A stretch of 64,000 bases of DNA from an uncultured Aliarcobacter sp. (GCA_963677435.1 OY781945.1:2592001-2656000); one strand, 5' to 3'. Counted from the first letter of the stretch, positions 40,057 to 51,322 are shown. Notes: generated from the sequence alone by a model not told the origin. Translations and numbers: made by a program.

Positions 40057-40995
40057 TTAATCTTTTATAATATCCTTTATAGTTTCAATAAATTCATCAC
40101 TATCATTTAAACAACGACATACTTTATATTCACTAATTCCTAATTCTAATGCAATTTCTCTATACTCAATATTTAATTCAAAATCTGTTTCAGAATTATC
40201 AACAATAAATGCAATTGGATAAATTATCACTTTTTCATCTTTAAAGTTTTTTAGCATATCATCTAAAGATGGTTCAAGCCATTTTAAAGGCCCTACTTTT
40301 GATTGATACGCTAAGTTTATTGATTTAAAATTTACCCCTTTTAATAGTAACTTTTCACTTAGTATTTGCACATGTTCAACCATCTGTTTTTCATATGGAT
40401 CACCCGCATCTACAATTTTTTGAGGAAGTCCATGGGCTGAAAAAATCAGATTATATTCAGTTGAATCTTCTGCGTTTTTTATTATCTCATTTACAATACA
40501 TTCATTAAATTTATCGTTTTTATAAAAAGTTTCAATATATCTTATATTTTTTCCAAAAGTATATGGTAAATAATCTATAAAATCTTCAATAGATGACTTA
40601 GTAGTTGTTGTTGAATATTGTGCATACAAGGGAAGTAAAACTATTTCATTTATTCCATCTTTCATCATTTGTTCAATTACTTCATTTGCAAAAGGTGGAG
40701 TATATCTCATTACTTGATAAGTTTTGAAATCTTCTATTTTTTCATTACATTTACTTACTAATTTTTCAGTTAAGGGATTTATAGGTGATGCATTTCCTAT
40801 GTGTTCATAATTCTCCCAAGCACTATCAAGTCTTCTTGTTACTATAAAAAATGCAATCATTTTTCTAATAAATGCATTTCTTATGGTTAAAATATTTATA
40901 TCATTAAACATATTTGTTAAAAACATTTTTAATTCAGCTTTATTTCTAGCACCACCCATATTAAGTAGTACTAACGCTTTTTTATTTTCTTGCAT
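40057..40995 (-). CDS. hemH: Ferrochelatase
   Basis: LLNMGG, MRYTPP, PLYAQYS, FSAHGLP, YQSKVGP..WLEP. Confidence 0.96.
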   Translation of the reverse strand: MQENKKALVLLNMGGARNKAELKMFLTNMFNDINILTIRNAFIRKMIAFFIVTRRLDSAWENYEHIGNASPINPLTEKLVSKCNEKIEDFKTYQVMRYTPPFANEVIEQMMKDGINEIVLLPLYAQYSTTTTKSSIEDFIDYLPYTFGKNIRYIETFYKNDKFNECIVNEIIKNAEDSTEYNLIFSAHGLPQKIVDAGDPYEKQMVEHVQILSEKLLLKGVNFKSINLAYQSKVGPLKWLEPSLDDMLKNFKDEKVIIYPIAFIVDNSETDFELNIEYREIALELGISEYKVCRCLNDSDEFIETIKDIIKD

Positions 40996-41581
40996 TCTCT
41001 TCTAACCTTATAATTTTATCGCTACACCATGAAGCCATATCTAAATCGTGTGTGATTAATAAAATAGCACATTTATCTAATAATGTAATTAATAATTTCA
41101 TCACATCATAAGCTATGATATTATCCAAAGCTGATGTTGGCTCATCAACTAAAAGTAAATCTGGTTTCATTAAAAGTGCTCTTAAAATCGAACATCTTTG
41201 AAGTTGTCCACCACTTAATTCATATGATTTTTTATCTAATATTTCTCTTTGCAATGTTAATTTACTCAAATATTCATCTAACTGTTTTTGAGGAATATCG
41301 CCAACTATATCTTTTATTTGTTCTAATATTGAATAAGTTGGATGAAAAGAGTTGTATGGATCTTGAAATATCATAGCTATTTTTGATTTTTCAATAGTTC
41401 CACTTATTGGTTTTAAACTTCCTAATATAAGTTCAAAAAGTGTAGTTTTTCCACTACCACTTTTACCAAAAATAGTTACTAATTCTCCTTTATTTAATTC
41501 TAAAGAGAAATCTTTATAAATAGGATTTTCTTTTTTATAATAAAAATTTAGATTATTTATATTTAAAACATTTTGATTCAA
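40982..41581 (-). CDS. ABC ATP-binding protein (peptide/nickel-like, orphan)
   Basis: GKSGSGKT, IFQDP, LSGGQLQR, DEPTSALD. Confidence 0.88.
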   Translation of the reverse strand: MNQNVLNINNLNFYYKKENPIYKDFSLELNKGELVTIFGKSGSGKTTLFELILGSLKPISGTIEKSKIAMIFQDPYNSFHPTYSILEQIKDIVGDIPQKQLDEYLSKLTLQREILDKKSYELSGGQLQRCSILRALLMKPDLLLVDEPTSALDNIIAYDVMKLLITLLDKCAILLITHDLDMASWCSDKIIRLEENARK

Positions 41582-41767
41582 TTCATACGCCTTTTAAAAA
41601 AAATATACTATATAAAAAAGTGCCTTTATCTTTGCAAAAAAAAATGAAATAATATTTCACAAAATATATACAATTATAGGGAAAACTTACACTAATTAAG
41701 TAAAAATATTAAGCCTAAAGAAAGAAAAAAAAGCTAAAATATTTTTTCTAAAATTTAAGGAGAAAAA

Positions 41768-42061
41768 ATGAAAAAAATCGTATTATCTGCAATGTTCGCT
41801 GCTATGACTGCAGCTTCTTTATCAGCAGCTTCAACTGCTGCATGTGCTGGATGTCATGGTGCAAAATTTGAAAAACCAGCTTTAGGTAAATCAGCTATTA
41901 TTGCTGGATGGGATGAAGCTAAAATTATTGAATCTTTAAATGGTTACAAAGCTGGAACTTTAAATGTTCATGGTATGGGTGCTGTTATGAAAGGTCAAAC
42001 TGCTAAATTATCTGACGCTGATATTGCTGATTTAGCTAAACAAATTTCTGCAATGAAATAA
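41768..42061 (+). CDS. Cytochrome c553
   Basis: Signal peptide, CAGCHG, axial Met in AVMKGQ. Confidence 0.9.
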   Translation: MKKIVLSAMFAAMTAASLSAASTAACAGCHGAKFEKPALGKSAIIAGWDEAKIIESLNGYKAGTLNVHGMGAVMKGQTAKLSDADIADLAKQISAMK

Positions 42062-42088
42062 TTTTTTTAAACTAGTCAATTTTATTGG

Positions 42089-42334
42089 CTAGTTTTCCTC
42101 TTTTTTTAACTTCTCTTTTTCACTTTTTAATTTTTCAGCTTTTGCAGTTTTTAAACTTTTTTCTTTGTTAATTGCATCATTTAAATCTTCAACACTATCA
42201 AATAATAAACCATTTACCATTTTATTAGCATCATCAAATTGACCAGATCTTGCAGCCCAAATAAAAAGTAATAACATTCCAGCAGAAATTATAATTCCTA
42301 CAATTAACATAAAAAAAAGTGTGTCATCTATCAT
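42089..42334 (-). CDS. ccoS: cbb3 oxidase assembly protein CcoS
   Basis: TM followed by WAARSGQFDD. Confidence 0.9.
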   Translation of the reverse strand: MIDDTLFFMLIVGIIISAGMLLLFIWAARSGQFDDANKMVNGLLFDSVEDLNDAINKEKSLKTAKAEKLKSEKEKLKKEEN

Positions 42335-42369
42335 CTTTGTTCCTTTTAAAAAGCTTTAATTACAAAGCA

Positions 42370-44808
42370 TTATTTCATTTTTATTCTAAGTGAATTTAAG
42401 ACAACCATTAAGGAACTCAAACTCATTGACAATGCTGCTATTAATGGTATTACAAAACCTAACATTGCTAAAGGAATTGTAATCATATTATAAATCAGAG
42501 ATAAAGTTAAATTTTGTTTGATAAATTTATATGTTTTTCGTGAAATAATAAATGCATCTTTTAAAGAATTTAAAGATGAATTTAACAATACTATATCTGA
42601 AATAGCCAAAGAAACATCTGCTGAATTTCCCATTGCAACTGCAACATCTGCATTACTTAAAGCAACACTATCATTTACTCCATCACCCACCATTACAACT
42701 ACTTTATTTTGTTTTTTTAACTCTTTAATATAATTTGCTTTTGAAACTGGTGTTTGAAAAGAGAAATATTTTTTTATATTTAACTGTTTTGCAATATTTG
42801 AAGCAACATTTTCATTATCACCAGTTAACATCACAACTTCAATATTTTTATTATATAAAAATTCTATTAACTCTTTTGCATTATCTTTTATTTGATCTTC
42901 TAATTCAAAACTTGCTATTACTTTTTTATTTATACTAAAAAAATAAACTGTTTGATTTGAATCAAAATTATAATCAATATCATTTTGTTTTAATAATTCT
43001 AAATTTCCACCTAAAAGCTCAAATATTTTTCCATCGACATTTGTATAACTAGCACTCATTCCTTTAGCTTCAATATTTTTTACATTATCTAATCTTTTAT
43101 CTTCTAATTCATATTTTTGATTTAAATACTTTTTAATTGAAAGACTCACAGGATGATTTGAAGCACATATTAAAGAGTATAAAAGATTCAATTTATGAAT
43201 ATTATTATCTAAGATTTGCACATTTACAACATTTAATTCGCCTTTTGTTAAAGTTCCTGTTTTATCAAAAACCACAGTATTTGCAAGGGCCAAAGATTCA
43301 ATAAATTTTGCTTCTTTAAATAAAAGACCCTTTTTTGCTAGTTCTGAGATTCCCACTAAACTAGCCATTGGTGTTGCAAGGGCTAAAGCACAAGGACAAG
43401 CAATCACTATTACTGAAACAGCTACAATAAATGATTTTTCAAAATGATTTGCACCTGAATAATTAAATCCTAAATCAACTCCAAAGAAATACCAAACTAA
43501 AAAAGTAGCCAAGGCTAAAGACAAAATAGAAACTGTAAAATATTTTGAAACTTCAGCAGCTTTTGTTTGTATTTTTGGTTTTGAATTTAAAGAATCTTCT
43601 AAAAGTGTAACAATAGATGAAAATGTAGAATTTTTAAAATCTTTAGTAACTTCATATTCAATTAAAGCATTACTATTTATTGTTCCACTAAATACTGTAT
43701 CAGCAAATTTTTTATATACGGGAATTGATTCTCCTGTAAGTGTTGATTCATCAAAGAATCCTTCACCTTTTGTAATTTTCCCATCAACTGGAACTTTTTC
43801 ACCAGCTTTAATCTCAATAATATCGCCTAATTTAATACTATTAAGTGCCACAGTTTTTTTAATATTATTTTCAATTACAACAGCTTCAAGTGGTAAACTA
43901 GATTTTATTTTATCTAAAGTATCAACAGCAGATTTTTTACCAATAACTTCTAAATATTTACCTACTAATACAAAAGTAATAATCATGGCAACAGAATCAA
44001 AATAACTCTCACCCTTTGCTCCAAATAAAATAAACATTGAATAAACATAAGTAAGAGTTGAACCAGAAGCTACTAAAAAATCCATATTAACCATGCGATT
44101 TTTTAATCCGTAATATCCACCTTTGAAAAATATCCATCCACTATAAAATAAAACCGGAGTAGAAAGTAAAAACTCTCCTATATGAATCATATTTTTTACT
44201 TCTTCAGAAATTCCAGTAAAAAATCCAGTATATTTAGCAACACTTAACATCATGATATTCATACTTGCAATTACTGCAACCATCATACGAATAAAATAAT
44301 CTCTTTTTGCTTTTGAAGCTTGTTCATCTGCTACTGTTGAATCATAGGCATAAGCATCATATCCAATAGCTCTTATTTTTAAAATAATTTCTGATAGTTT
44401 TAATTTATCATCATCCCAAACAATTCTGGCTTTATTTGAAGTAAAATTTATATTCGCTTCAATTATGCCTTTTGTTTCGTATAAAACTTTCTCATTTAGC
44501 CAAACACAAGCAGCACAATGAATTCCTTCAATAATCAAATCAATTTGACTAAATCCATCTTTTGTAACACTTACATAATTATCTAAAAAGTTCTTTGAAT
44601 CAAATCTTGTCACATCATCATTTGTTATTTTTAAAGGAGGAGCAAGAGTTTTATTTCCTAACTTATCATAAAAAGATTCAAGTCCATCATCTTTTAAAAT
44701 ATGATAAACACCTTGACATCCTTTGCAACAAAAATTTAAATCACCCTCATTTATCATCACATTTTCACTAAATTCTAAGTGACAATGATTACATTTGATT
44801 TTTGACAA
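42370..44808 (-). CDS. ccoI: CcoI/FixI-type heavy-metal P1B-ATPase, TTG start
   Basis: CNHC..FCCKGC, HCAAC, CPC, DKTGT, GDGVND; adjacent to ccoS. Confidence 0.88.
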   Translation of the reverse strand: MSKIKCNHCHLEFSENVMINEGDLNFCCKGCQGVYHILKDDGLESFYDKLGNKTLAPPLKITNDDVTRFDSKNFLDNYVSVTKDGFSQIDLIIEGIHCAACVWLNEKVLYETKGIIEANINFTSNKARIVWDDDKLKLSEIILKIRAIGYDAYAYDSTVADEQASKAKRDYFIRMMVAVIASMNIMMLSVAKYTGFFTGISEEVKNMIHIGEFLLSTPVLFYSGWIFFKGGYYGLKNRMVNMDFLVASGSTLTYVYSMFILFGAKGESYFDSVAMIITFVLVGKYLEVIGKKSAVDTLDKIKSSLPLEAVVIENNIKKTVALNSIKLGDIIEIKAGEKVPVDGKITKGEGFFDESTLTGESIPVYKKFADTVFSGTINSNALIEYEVTKDFKNSTFSSIVTLLEDSLNSKPKIQTKAAEVSKYFTVSILSLALATFLVWYFFGVDLGFNYSGANHFEKSFIVAVSVIVIACPCALALATPMASLVGISELAKKGLLFKEAKFIESLALANTVVFDKTGTLTKGELNVVNVQILDNNIHKLNLLYSLICASNHPVSLSIKKYLNQKYELEDKRLDNVKNIEAKGMSASYTNVDGKIFELLGGNLELLKQNDIDYNFDSNQTVYFFSINKKVIASFELEDQIKDNAKELIEFLYNKNIEVVMLTGDNENVASNIAKQLNIKKYFSFQTPVSKANYIKELKKQNKVVVMVGDGVNDSVALSNADVAVAMGNSADVSLAISDIVLLNSSLNSLKDAFIISRKTYKFIKQNLTLSLIYNMITIPLAMLGFVIPLIAALSMSLSSLMVVLNSLRIKMK

Positions 44809-44902
44809 AAAAACTCCTACTATTGCTACATATTATCTACAAAGTAATTCCCATCGATTGTTTAGATATTATGCTTTATTATGATATTATATCTTAATAA
44901 TT

Positions 44903-46543
44903 TTGGAGAGAGTCTTAATAATGATAAACAATATTTCAATACTAAAAAATATAACTATTTTATATGCCGAAGATGAAAAGGATTTAAGAGAAGTTACACA
45001 TCAAATTCTAAAAGGCTTTACCAAAAAACAATTTGTTGCTCAAAATGGACAAGAAGGATTAGAGCTATTTAAAGAACATGAAAATGAAATTGACTTAATT
45101 ATTACAGATGTAAATATGCCTATTTTAAATGGTTTAGATATGGTAAAAGAGATAAAAAAAATAAACCTAAATATTCCAATCATTGTAGCAACTGCATTTT
45201 CAAATAAAGAGTATTTACTTGAAGCCATAGATATTGGAATTGATAAATATGTTTTAAAACCTATTGATATTGCAAAACTTTTACAAGTTATGTCTCAATC
45301 ACTGATTTATCATGAATTAAAAGATTTATACACAGATAAACTTACGAATCTTCCAAATAGAAATAAATTAAAAAAAGATTTAGATGAAAATGATATTGAT
45401 TTAATGGCTTTATTAGATATTGATGAATTTTCAACTGTTAATGATTTGTTTGGAGAAAAAATTGGTGACACAATTTTATTTGAACTTGCAAATAAATTAA
45501 AAAGCTATTTTAATCAAGAAGATTATATTGTTTATAGAATTGAAGCTGATAAATTCACTATTGTTGCAAGAAAACATAATCAAGATGTAAATGAATTTTA
45601 TAACCTTTGTAAAACATTTGCAGATAAAATTGAAAAAGAGTCTTTACTTATTGATGAAGATGAAATTGATATAAATATTACTATTGGAATTGCACAAGGA
45701 GATGGAGCAAGAGCATTTAAATACTCTCAAAGGGTAATTAATTATGCAAGAACAAAACTTCAAAGAATAATGATTTATAACGAATCATTTAAGATTCAAC
45801 AATCTTTTGAGGAGAATATCAAATGGGTAAAACAATTAAAAGTTGGATTTAGAGAAAATCTATTTCAAGCATATTTTCAACCTATTGTTGATACAAAAAC
45901 AAAAGAAGTTCATAAATATGAAGCGCTAATTAGATACATCACAAAAGAAGGTGTTGAGATTGCTCCTTTTCATTTTATTAATGTTGCTAAAAAAACAAAA
46001 CTCTATCCAAATATCATAAAAATTGTTATTCAAGATGCCTTTAAATTAATTAAAAATAAGAATAAAAGGGTTTCTGTAAATATTTCATTTGATGATATTG
46101 CAAATGAAGAAACAACTGCATTTATTTATGAAATATTAGAACAGAATAAAGACTTTACAGAATTCCTTGAGTTTGAAATACTTGAGTCAGAAGAGATTTC
46201 AGATTTTAATGAAGTTGCAAAATTTATTGCTGAAATAAAAAAATTTGATTGTATTGTTGGAGTAGATGATTTTGGTGCTGGATATTCAAACTTTAACCTA
46301 TTAACTTTACTTGATATTGACTTTGTTAAAATTGATGGTTCATTAATTGAAAGAATAAATAGCTCAAAAGATTTAGAAATAATAGTAAATACAATCGCAA
46401 ACTTTTCAAAAGAGTTTAAAGTAAAAACGGTTGCTGAATATGTATCTGATGAAGATATTTATAATAAAATTAAAGAGTTAAATATAGATTACTGTCAAGG
46501 TTATTACTTTGATAAACCTCTTAGTTACGATTCTATCAAGTAA
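44903..46543 (+). CDS. REC-GGDEF(degenerate)-EAL protein; true start probably 44921
   Basis: AEDE/TDVNMP receiver; EADKF in place of GGDEF; YEALIR, DDFGAGYS. Confidence 0.9.
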   Translation: MERVLIMINNISILKNITILYAEDEKDLREVTHQILKGFTKKQFVAQNGQEGLELFKEHENEIDLIITDVNMPILNGLDMVKEIKKINLNIPIIVATAFSNKEYLLEAIDIGIDKYVLKPIDIAKLLQVMSQSLIYHELKDLYTDKLTNLPNRNKLKKDLDENDIDLMALLDIDEFSTVNDLFGEKIGDTILFELANKLKSYFNQEDYIVYRIEADKFTIVARKHNQDVNEFYNLCKTFADKIEKESLLIDEDEIDINITIGIAQGDGARAFKYSQRVINYARTKLQRIMIYNESFKIQQSFEENIKWVKQLKVGFRENLFQAYFQPIVDTKTKEVHKYEALIRYITKEGVEIAPFHFINVAKKTKLYPNIIKIVIQDAFKLIKNKNKRVSVNISFDDIANEETTAFIYEILEQNKDFTEFLEFEILESEEISDFNEVAKFIAEIKKFDCIVGVDDFGAGYSNFNLLTLLDIDFVKIDGSLIERINSSKDLEIIVNTIANFSKEFKVKTVAEYVSDEDIYNKIKELNIDYCQGYYFDKPLSYDSIK

Positions 46544-46545
46544 GG

Positions 46546-47166
46546 TTAATTTAACCAACTTGATACAATATTAGTTTTTTCAAAAAGCGTGCTCTTTATT
46601 CTTGTGATATTCGCGATACAAACCAATTGTTTTGCAGCTGTTTGCAAATCATCATTGATTATTAGGTAATCATAATCTTGGAAATATTCCACTTCACCTT
46701 TTGCATTTTTAATTCTTTTTTCAATAATCTCAATACTGTCTGTATTTCTACTATTTAACCTTGCTTCTAAAACTTCTAAAGATGGGGTTGTAATAAAAAC
46801 AGAAGTAACTATAGAATCAAGCTTATTTCTCACAATCTCATGGCCTTGAACATCAATATCAAAGATAACAAGTTTTCCTTCTGCTAAAGCTTTGTTAATT
46901 GGTTTTAATGAAGTTCCATAATAGTTATCATGAACCTTTGCATACTCTAAAAAATCATTATTTTTAATGTCAGCTTCAAATTCTTCTTTTGTAACAAAAA
47001 AGTAGTCAACACCATTTACTTCTCCAACTCGAGGAGCTCTTGTAGTTGTTGAAATAGAAAAATAGTAATCATCTATATCTTTATAAACTTCTTTTAGTAA
47101 AGTAGATTTTCCACAACCACTTGGACCTGAAAGTATTAAAATTGCACCTTTTTTTTCTTTTATCAA
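46546..47166 (-). CDS. gmk: Guanylate kinase
   Basis: SGPSGCGKST, TTRAPRVGE, YYGT, DIDVQG. Confidence 0.96.
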   Translation of the reverse strand: MIKEKKGAILILSGPSGCGKSTLLKEVYKDIDDYYFSISTTTRAPRVGEVNGVDYFFVTKEEFEADIKNNDFLEYAKVHDNYYGTSLKPINKALAEGKLVIFDIDVQGHEIVRNKLDSIVTSVFITTPSLEVLEARLNSRNTDSIEIIEKRIKNAKGEVEYFQDYDYLIINDDLQTAAKQLVCIANITRIKSTLFEKTNIVSSWLN

Positions 47167-47168
47167 AA

Positions 47169-47966
47169 TTAATCCTTCAAACTTAATCTAATATCAACAC
47201 TTTCTCCACTTGAAAGTTTATCAATAACTGTTTGATCAAATTTTTCTAATAATGGCCTTAATTCATTAATATTAAAATCACTTAACACTAAATTATAAGG
47301 TTTTACAGGAGGTGATGAAAGATCAAATTCGTACTCTTTTACTTCATCTAAGGCGTCATCTATGATTGCAGAGATATCTTTCCAATCATTTTTTTCTAAA
47401 TTAATCTCATTTTGAATATTATCTTCTCGTAAAATATTATTTATCTTGCTTAATTCACTGTGATCTAAAATTCCGCCCATATGAAATTGTGCTGAATTAA
47501 CAATACTTTCATCTTCTTCTTCATTTTCAAAATCATCTTCTTCATTATCTTCCATAGATTCAACATATTTTGTTGTAATTGGTATAATTACATCTTCATC
47601 TTCACTATAATGATTAACAAAAGGTTTAGAAACGGCAACTCTTTCTTTTTCATTATCATCTTTTATTATAACTATTTGTTCTGCTAAAATTGATTCAAGT
47701 TTTGTAGGTAAAAAAGGTCTTGGAATGATAAAATCTCTTGACTTATCAAAAGATAATTCTTCTGAGCTAATTGCACCTAATTTCTTTGAGAATTGTTTTA
47801 TAGTGTTAAATTTATCATCAATAAAACTTTGATCAATAATAATCAAATCAAATTTTTCATTAACACTATTAGTTTTTTGAATCGACAATTTAATATTTAG
47901 TCTTTTACAAACTAATACAAAAATATGTTCAATGATTGCAGCATCACATATTAATAATATAGTCAC
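47169..47966 (-). CDS. Acidic conserved hypothetical protein
   Basis: Receiver-like N-terminus (RPFLP), D/E-rich middle; positioned before gmk. Confidence 0.7.
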   Translation of the reverse strand: MTILLICDAAIIEHIFVLVCKRLNIKLSIQKTNSVNEKFDLIIIDQSFIDDKFNTIKQFSKKLGAISSEELSFDKSRDFIIPRPFLPTKLESILAEQIVIIKDDNEKERVAVSKPFVNHYSEDEDVIIPITTKYVESMEDNEEDDFENEEEDESIVNSAQFHMGGILDHSELSKINNILREDNIQNEINLEKNDWKDISAIIDDALDEVKEYEFDLSSPPVKPYNLVLSDFNINELRPLLEKFDQTVIDKLSSGESVDIRLSLKD

Positions 47967-48646
47967 TTTATCTCCTGCAATATTAAATCTTGTAACTTAT
48001 AAACTTTATCACATTTCATAGCTAATTCATGTTCATGTGTTACAAGTATTAAACCAGCATCATTGTTTTTTATGTAATTAAATAAAGTATTCATTACAAT
48101 ATTTGCCGTATCTTTATCTAAATTTCCAGTTGGTTCATCAGCGAAAATAATTCTTGGTTTCTTTGTCATAACTCTTGCTATTGAAAGTCTTTGCTGTTGA
48201 CCACCACTTAATTCACCTACACCTTGGTTTATAACATAATCTATATTTAACTCTTTTAATAGATTTTTGTCAATATTTTCACCACTTAAAAGTGTAGCTA
48301 TTTCAAGATTCTCAATTGCAGAAAATCCACGAAATAGATAATGAGCTTGAAAAATTATACCAAAATCTTCTCTTCTAATTTTTAATAATTGATCCTGATT
48401 TAAAGAATACATATCTTTACTTTTAAAAACAACATTACCTGTTGATGGTTTTAAAAGAGAAGACAAAATATTTAAAAGTGTTGATTTTCCACTTCCACTT
48501 GTACCTATAATTGCAATTGATTCTTTTTTAGATAGAGATAAATTTATATTATTGAAAAGCTCATAATCAAATTTATGAGATAAGTTTTTGGCTTGCAGTA
48601 AAAAGTCATCTGCAATGAGTGCCTCCATTTTATTAGCTTCACTCAT
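47963..48646 (-). CDS. ABC ATP-binding protein (LolD-like)
   Basis: GTSGSGKST, LSGGQQQR, ADEPTGNLD. Confidence 0.88.
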   Translation of the reverse strand: MSEANKMEALIADDFLLQAKNLSHKFDYELFNNINLSLSKKESIAIIGTSGSGKSTLLNILSSLLKPSTGNVVFKSKDMYSLNQDQLLKIRREDFGIIFQAHYLFRGFSAIENLEIATLLSGENIDKNLLKELNIDYVINQGVGELSGGQQQRLSIARVMTKKPRIIFADEPTGNLDKDTANIVMNTLFNYIKNNDAGLILVTHEHELAMKCDKVYKLQDLILQEIK

Positions 48647-48687
48647 TACATCTTCCTTTTTTATTTTACATAGTTATGAAACTACGA

Positions 48688-49734
48688 TTATTTTCCCATT
48701 TGTTTTGCAACTTCAGCTGCGAAATCTTCTTCTACTTTCTCAATACCTTCACCAAGTTCAAATCTAATGTACTCAGTAATTTTGATTGATGCATCAACTT
48801 CTGCAATTGCTTGCTCAACAGTGATTTTATCATTCATAACATAAGCTTGAGATAATAGAGCAAATCTACCATCTAATTGAGTATTATCTGTAATATATCT
48901 TTCGATTTTTCCAGGAATAATATTTGCCCAAATTTTTTCTGGTTTACCTTGTTCTTTTAATTCAGCTTCAAAAGCAGCTTTTGCATTAGCAATTGCAGAT
49001 TCTGTTAATTGAGATCTAGAAACAAAATCAGGAATATTTTTTAATGGTTTCCCTAATCTTTTTAATTCATCATTATCAGCTGTAATCTCTGCAACAATTG
49101 CTCTGTTCTCAGATTCTACAAATTCAGGATCTAAATCAGTATAAGAAATAACAGTTGGTTTCATTGCAGATGCGTGCATTGCTAATGATTTTAATAAAGC
49201 TGAAGTTTTATCTTTAGCAGCTTCATCACAAGTTGCAGCTAATAAAACTCCAACTCTACCATTTGTATGAACATAACCATTTACAACAGTACCACTTACA
49301 GAAACAAGTTTTCTTGCAACTAAGTTTTCACCGATTGTTGCAATTTTACCATTTAAAAATTCTGGAAAAGCCATTCCATTAATGTTAGATGCAACTAAAG
49401 ATTCTGCATCAACAATATTATTAGCTTGAGCATGAGATAAAATCTCTTGCGTTAAGTTAAGAAAATTTTCATTTTTAGCAACGAAATCTGTTTGAGCATT
49501 TAACTCTAACATTGTAGCGATTGTATTGTCAGCGTTAACTTTAACAGCAACAACACCTTCAGCAGCAACATTTCCAGCTTTTTTAGCAGCTTTACCAAGT
49601 CCAGCTTCTCGTAAAGCTTGAACTGCTTTTTCTAAATCACCCTCTGTTTCATTTAGTGCATTTTTGCAATCAAGCATACCTGCACCAGTCATTTCTCTTA
49701 GTTCTTTAATTAATTTTGGAGTTGCACCAGCCAT
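48688..49734 (-). CDS. tsf: Elongation factor Ts
   Basis: LREMTGAGMLDCK, TDFV, RFELGEG. Confidence 0.98.
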   Translation of the reverse strand: MAGATPKLIKELREMTGAGMLDCKNALNETEGDLEKAVQALREAGLGKAAKKAGNVAAEGVVAVKVNADNTIATMLELNAQTDFVAKNENFLNLTQEILSHAQANNIVDAESLVASNINGMAFPEFLNGKIATIGENLVARKLVSVSGTVVNGYVHTNGRVGVLLAATCDEAAKDKTSALLKSLAMHASAMKPTVISYTDLDPEFVESENRAIVAEITADNDELKRLGKPLKNIPDFVSRSQLTESAIANAKAAFEAELKEQGKPEKIWANIIPGKIERYITDNTQLDGRFALLSQAYVMNDKITVEQAIAEVDASIKITEYIRFELGEGIEKVEEDFAAEVAKQMGK

Positions 49735-49736
49735 AA

Positions 49737-50528
49737 TTATACTTCCTCAGTTTCAACGATTTCGTTTTCACCTTCAGAAACAGCTTCAGCGATTAATGCT
49801 TCAGTTTCTTCTTGTGATACAGGATCAACATCTCCACCAATTTCGTCAGCTAATACAGCTTTTCCCTCGTTCATAGCAGCAGCCATTTCATTACAAAATA
49901 AATGAATTGATCTGATTGCATCATCATTTCCAGGAATTGGTAAATCTACAACATCAGGGTCACAGTTTGTATCTAAAGGAGCAACAACTGTAATTCCTAA
50001 TCTTCTAGCTTCTTGAATAGCGATTTTTTCTTTAACAGCATCAAGAACAAACATCATATCAGGAAGTTTGTGCATTTCTTTGATACCACCAAGGTATAAT
50101 TCTAATTTTTCTTCTTTTCTAGAAAGCATTAATGCTTCTTTTTTAGTTAAAAGATCTAATTGACCTTCTTCTCTCATTTTTTTAATAATTTCTAATTTTC
50201 TAATTGATTTTTTGATTGTTCCAAAGTTAGTTAACATTCCACCTAACCATCTATGATTAACATATGGCATTCCACAAGAAATTGCAGCTTTTTTAATAGC
50301 TTCGCTAGCTTGTTTTTTTGTACCAACAAAAATCATTGTTTGACCAGTAGCCGCTCTATCTTTAACAACATTATATGTATATCTGAAATATCTTAATGTT
50401 TTTTGTAAATCTATAATATAGATATTTTTTCTAACACCGAAAATGAATTTTTTCATTTTTGGATTCCATCTTCTAGTTTGGTGACCGAAGTGTACACCAC
50501 ATTCTAATAGGTCTTTCATTGTAACCAT
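49737..50528 (-). CDS. rpsB: 30S ribosomal protein S2
   Basis: [27 protein letters not shown]. Confidence 0.99.
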   Translation of the reverse strand: MVTMKDLLECGVHFGHQTRRWNPKMKKFIFGVRKNIYIIDLQKTLRYFRYTYNVVKDRAATGQTMIFVGTKKQASEAIKKAAISCGMPYVNHRWLGGMLTNFGTIKKSIRKLEIIKKMREEGQLDLLTKKEALMLSRKEEKLELYLGGIKEMHKLPDMMFVLDAVKEKIAIQEARRLGITVVAPLDTNCDPDVVDLPIPGNDDAIRSIHLFCNEMAAAMNEGKAVLADEIGGDVDPVSQEETEALIAEAVSEGENEIVETEEV

Positions 50529-50562
50529 GGTAATTCTCCTTGAATTATATTTATTGTAATCT

Positions 50563-50637
50563 GGGTTTAGCCTCTGTATCCCTTAATGTCAAGATTTCTC
50601 TTGTCACAACCCATACAAGGATTGATACATGTGAGGT
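50563..50637 (-). ncRNA. rpsB leader (t44-like) cis-regulatory RNA
   Basis: Minus strand CTCACATGTATC...GGGT..GGGATACAGAGGCTAAACCC in the rpsB 5' UTR; TATAAT at 50666-50661. Confidence 0.7.
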
Positions 50638-50731
50638 TCTAATTTAAAATTAGAGTTGCGATTATATTTAAATTAAGATTAATTCTTCTTTAATCTTGCT
50701 AATAAATAGATTATTTGAAAAGGAATAGAAA

Positions 50732-51322
50732 TTGTATATAAAAAATAAAAAAGGAATCTCAATGACACCAATTGATTTTATAAAAGAAAACAACTTAGAA
50801 TGGCAACCTTCATTCTCAAGAGCAATAAATAATGCTTTATTTGGATATAGAGGAGCATTAATAATTCAAGAAGGAAAAAGACTTTCAGAAACTAAAGTTA
50901 TGCCTCCAAAAGCACAAGCTAGACAAGTTATTATGATTAGTGAAGATGATAAAATAAAATTCTTTGCTTGTGAATTAGAAACTTTTGGATACTTTGAACA
51001 ATTTTTTGATAAATACAAAGAGTTCTTTGATGCTGATTCAGTAAACTTATTATATGTAATAGATTTAGATGCTAATGGTGTTTTTGAATATCAAGGTGTT
51101 AAATTTTCTGCTTTTATGTTAGATGAAAGTTCTGTATGGAATGAAGTATTAGATTATTTCTCATTAGAAAAAGGTGAATTAAAAAAACTTTCAAATGAAG
51201 AAAAATTAGAAAAAATTTATGATGAACTATCAAATATGAATGTTGAAGCAGTTGATAAAACTTATGATGAAATGGTTTCTTTAATGGGAACAACAAAAAA
51301 ATCTTTAATGGGTGCTGTGTAA
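50732..51322 (+). CDS. Hypothetical protein; likely start ATG 50762
   Basis: Long ORF; AAGGA upstream of MTPIDF. Confidence 0.7.
   Translation: MYIKNKKGISMTPIDFIKENNLEWQPSFSRAINNALFGYRGALIIQEGKRLSETKVMPPKAQARQVIMISEDDKIKFFACELETFGYFEQFFDKYKEFFDADSVNLLYVIDLDANGVFEYQGVKFSAFMLDESSVWNEVLDYFSLEKGELKKLSNEEKLEKIYDELSNMNVEAVDKTYDEMVSLMGTTKKSLMGAV

Noticed and set aside
47169..48646. No fliR between the ABC ATPase and the acidic protein, unlike my recollection of the C. jejuni gene order
   Set aside because: Genes overlap cleanly with no scar; ordinary lineage rearrangement, and the comparison cannot be verified here
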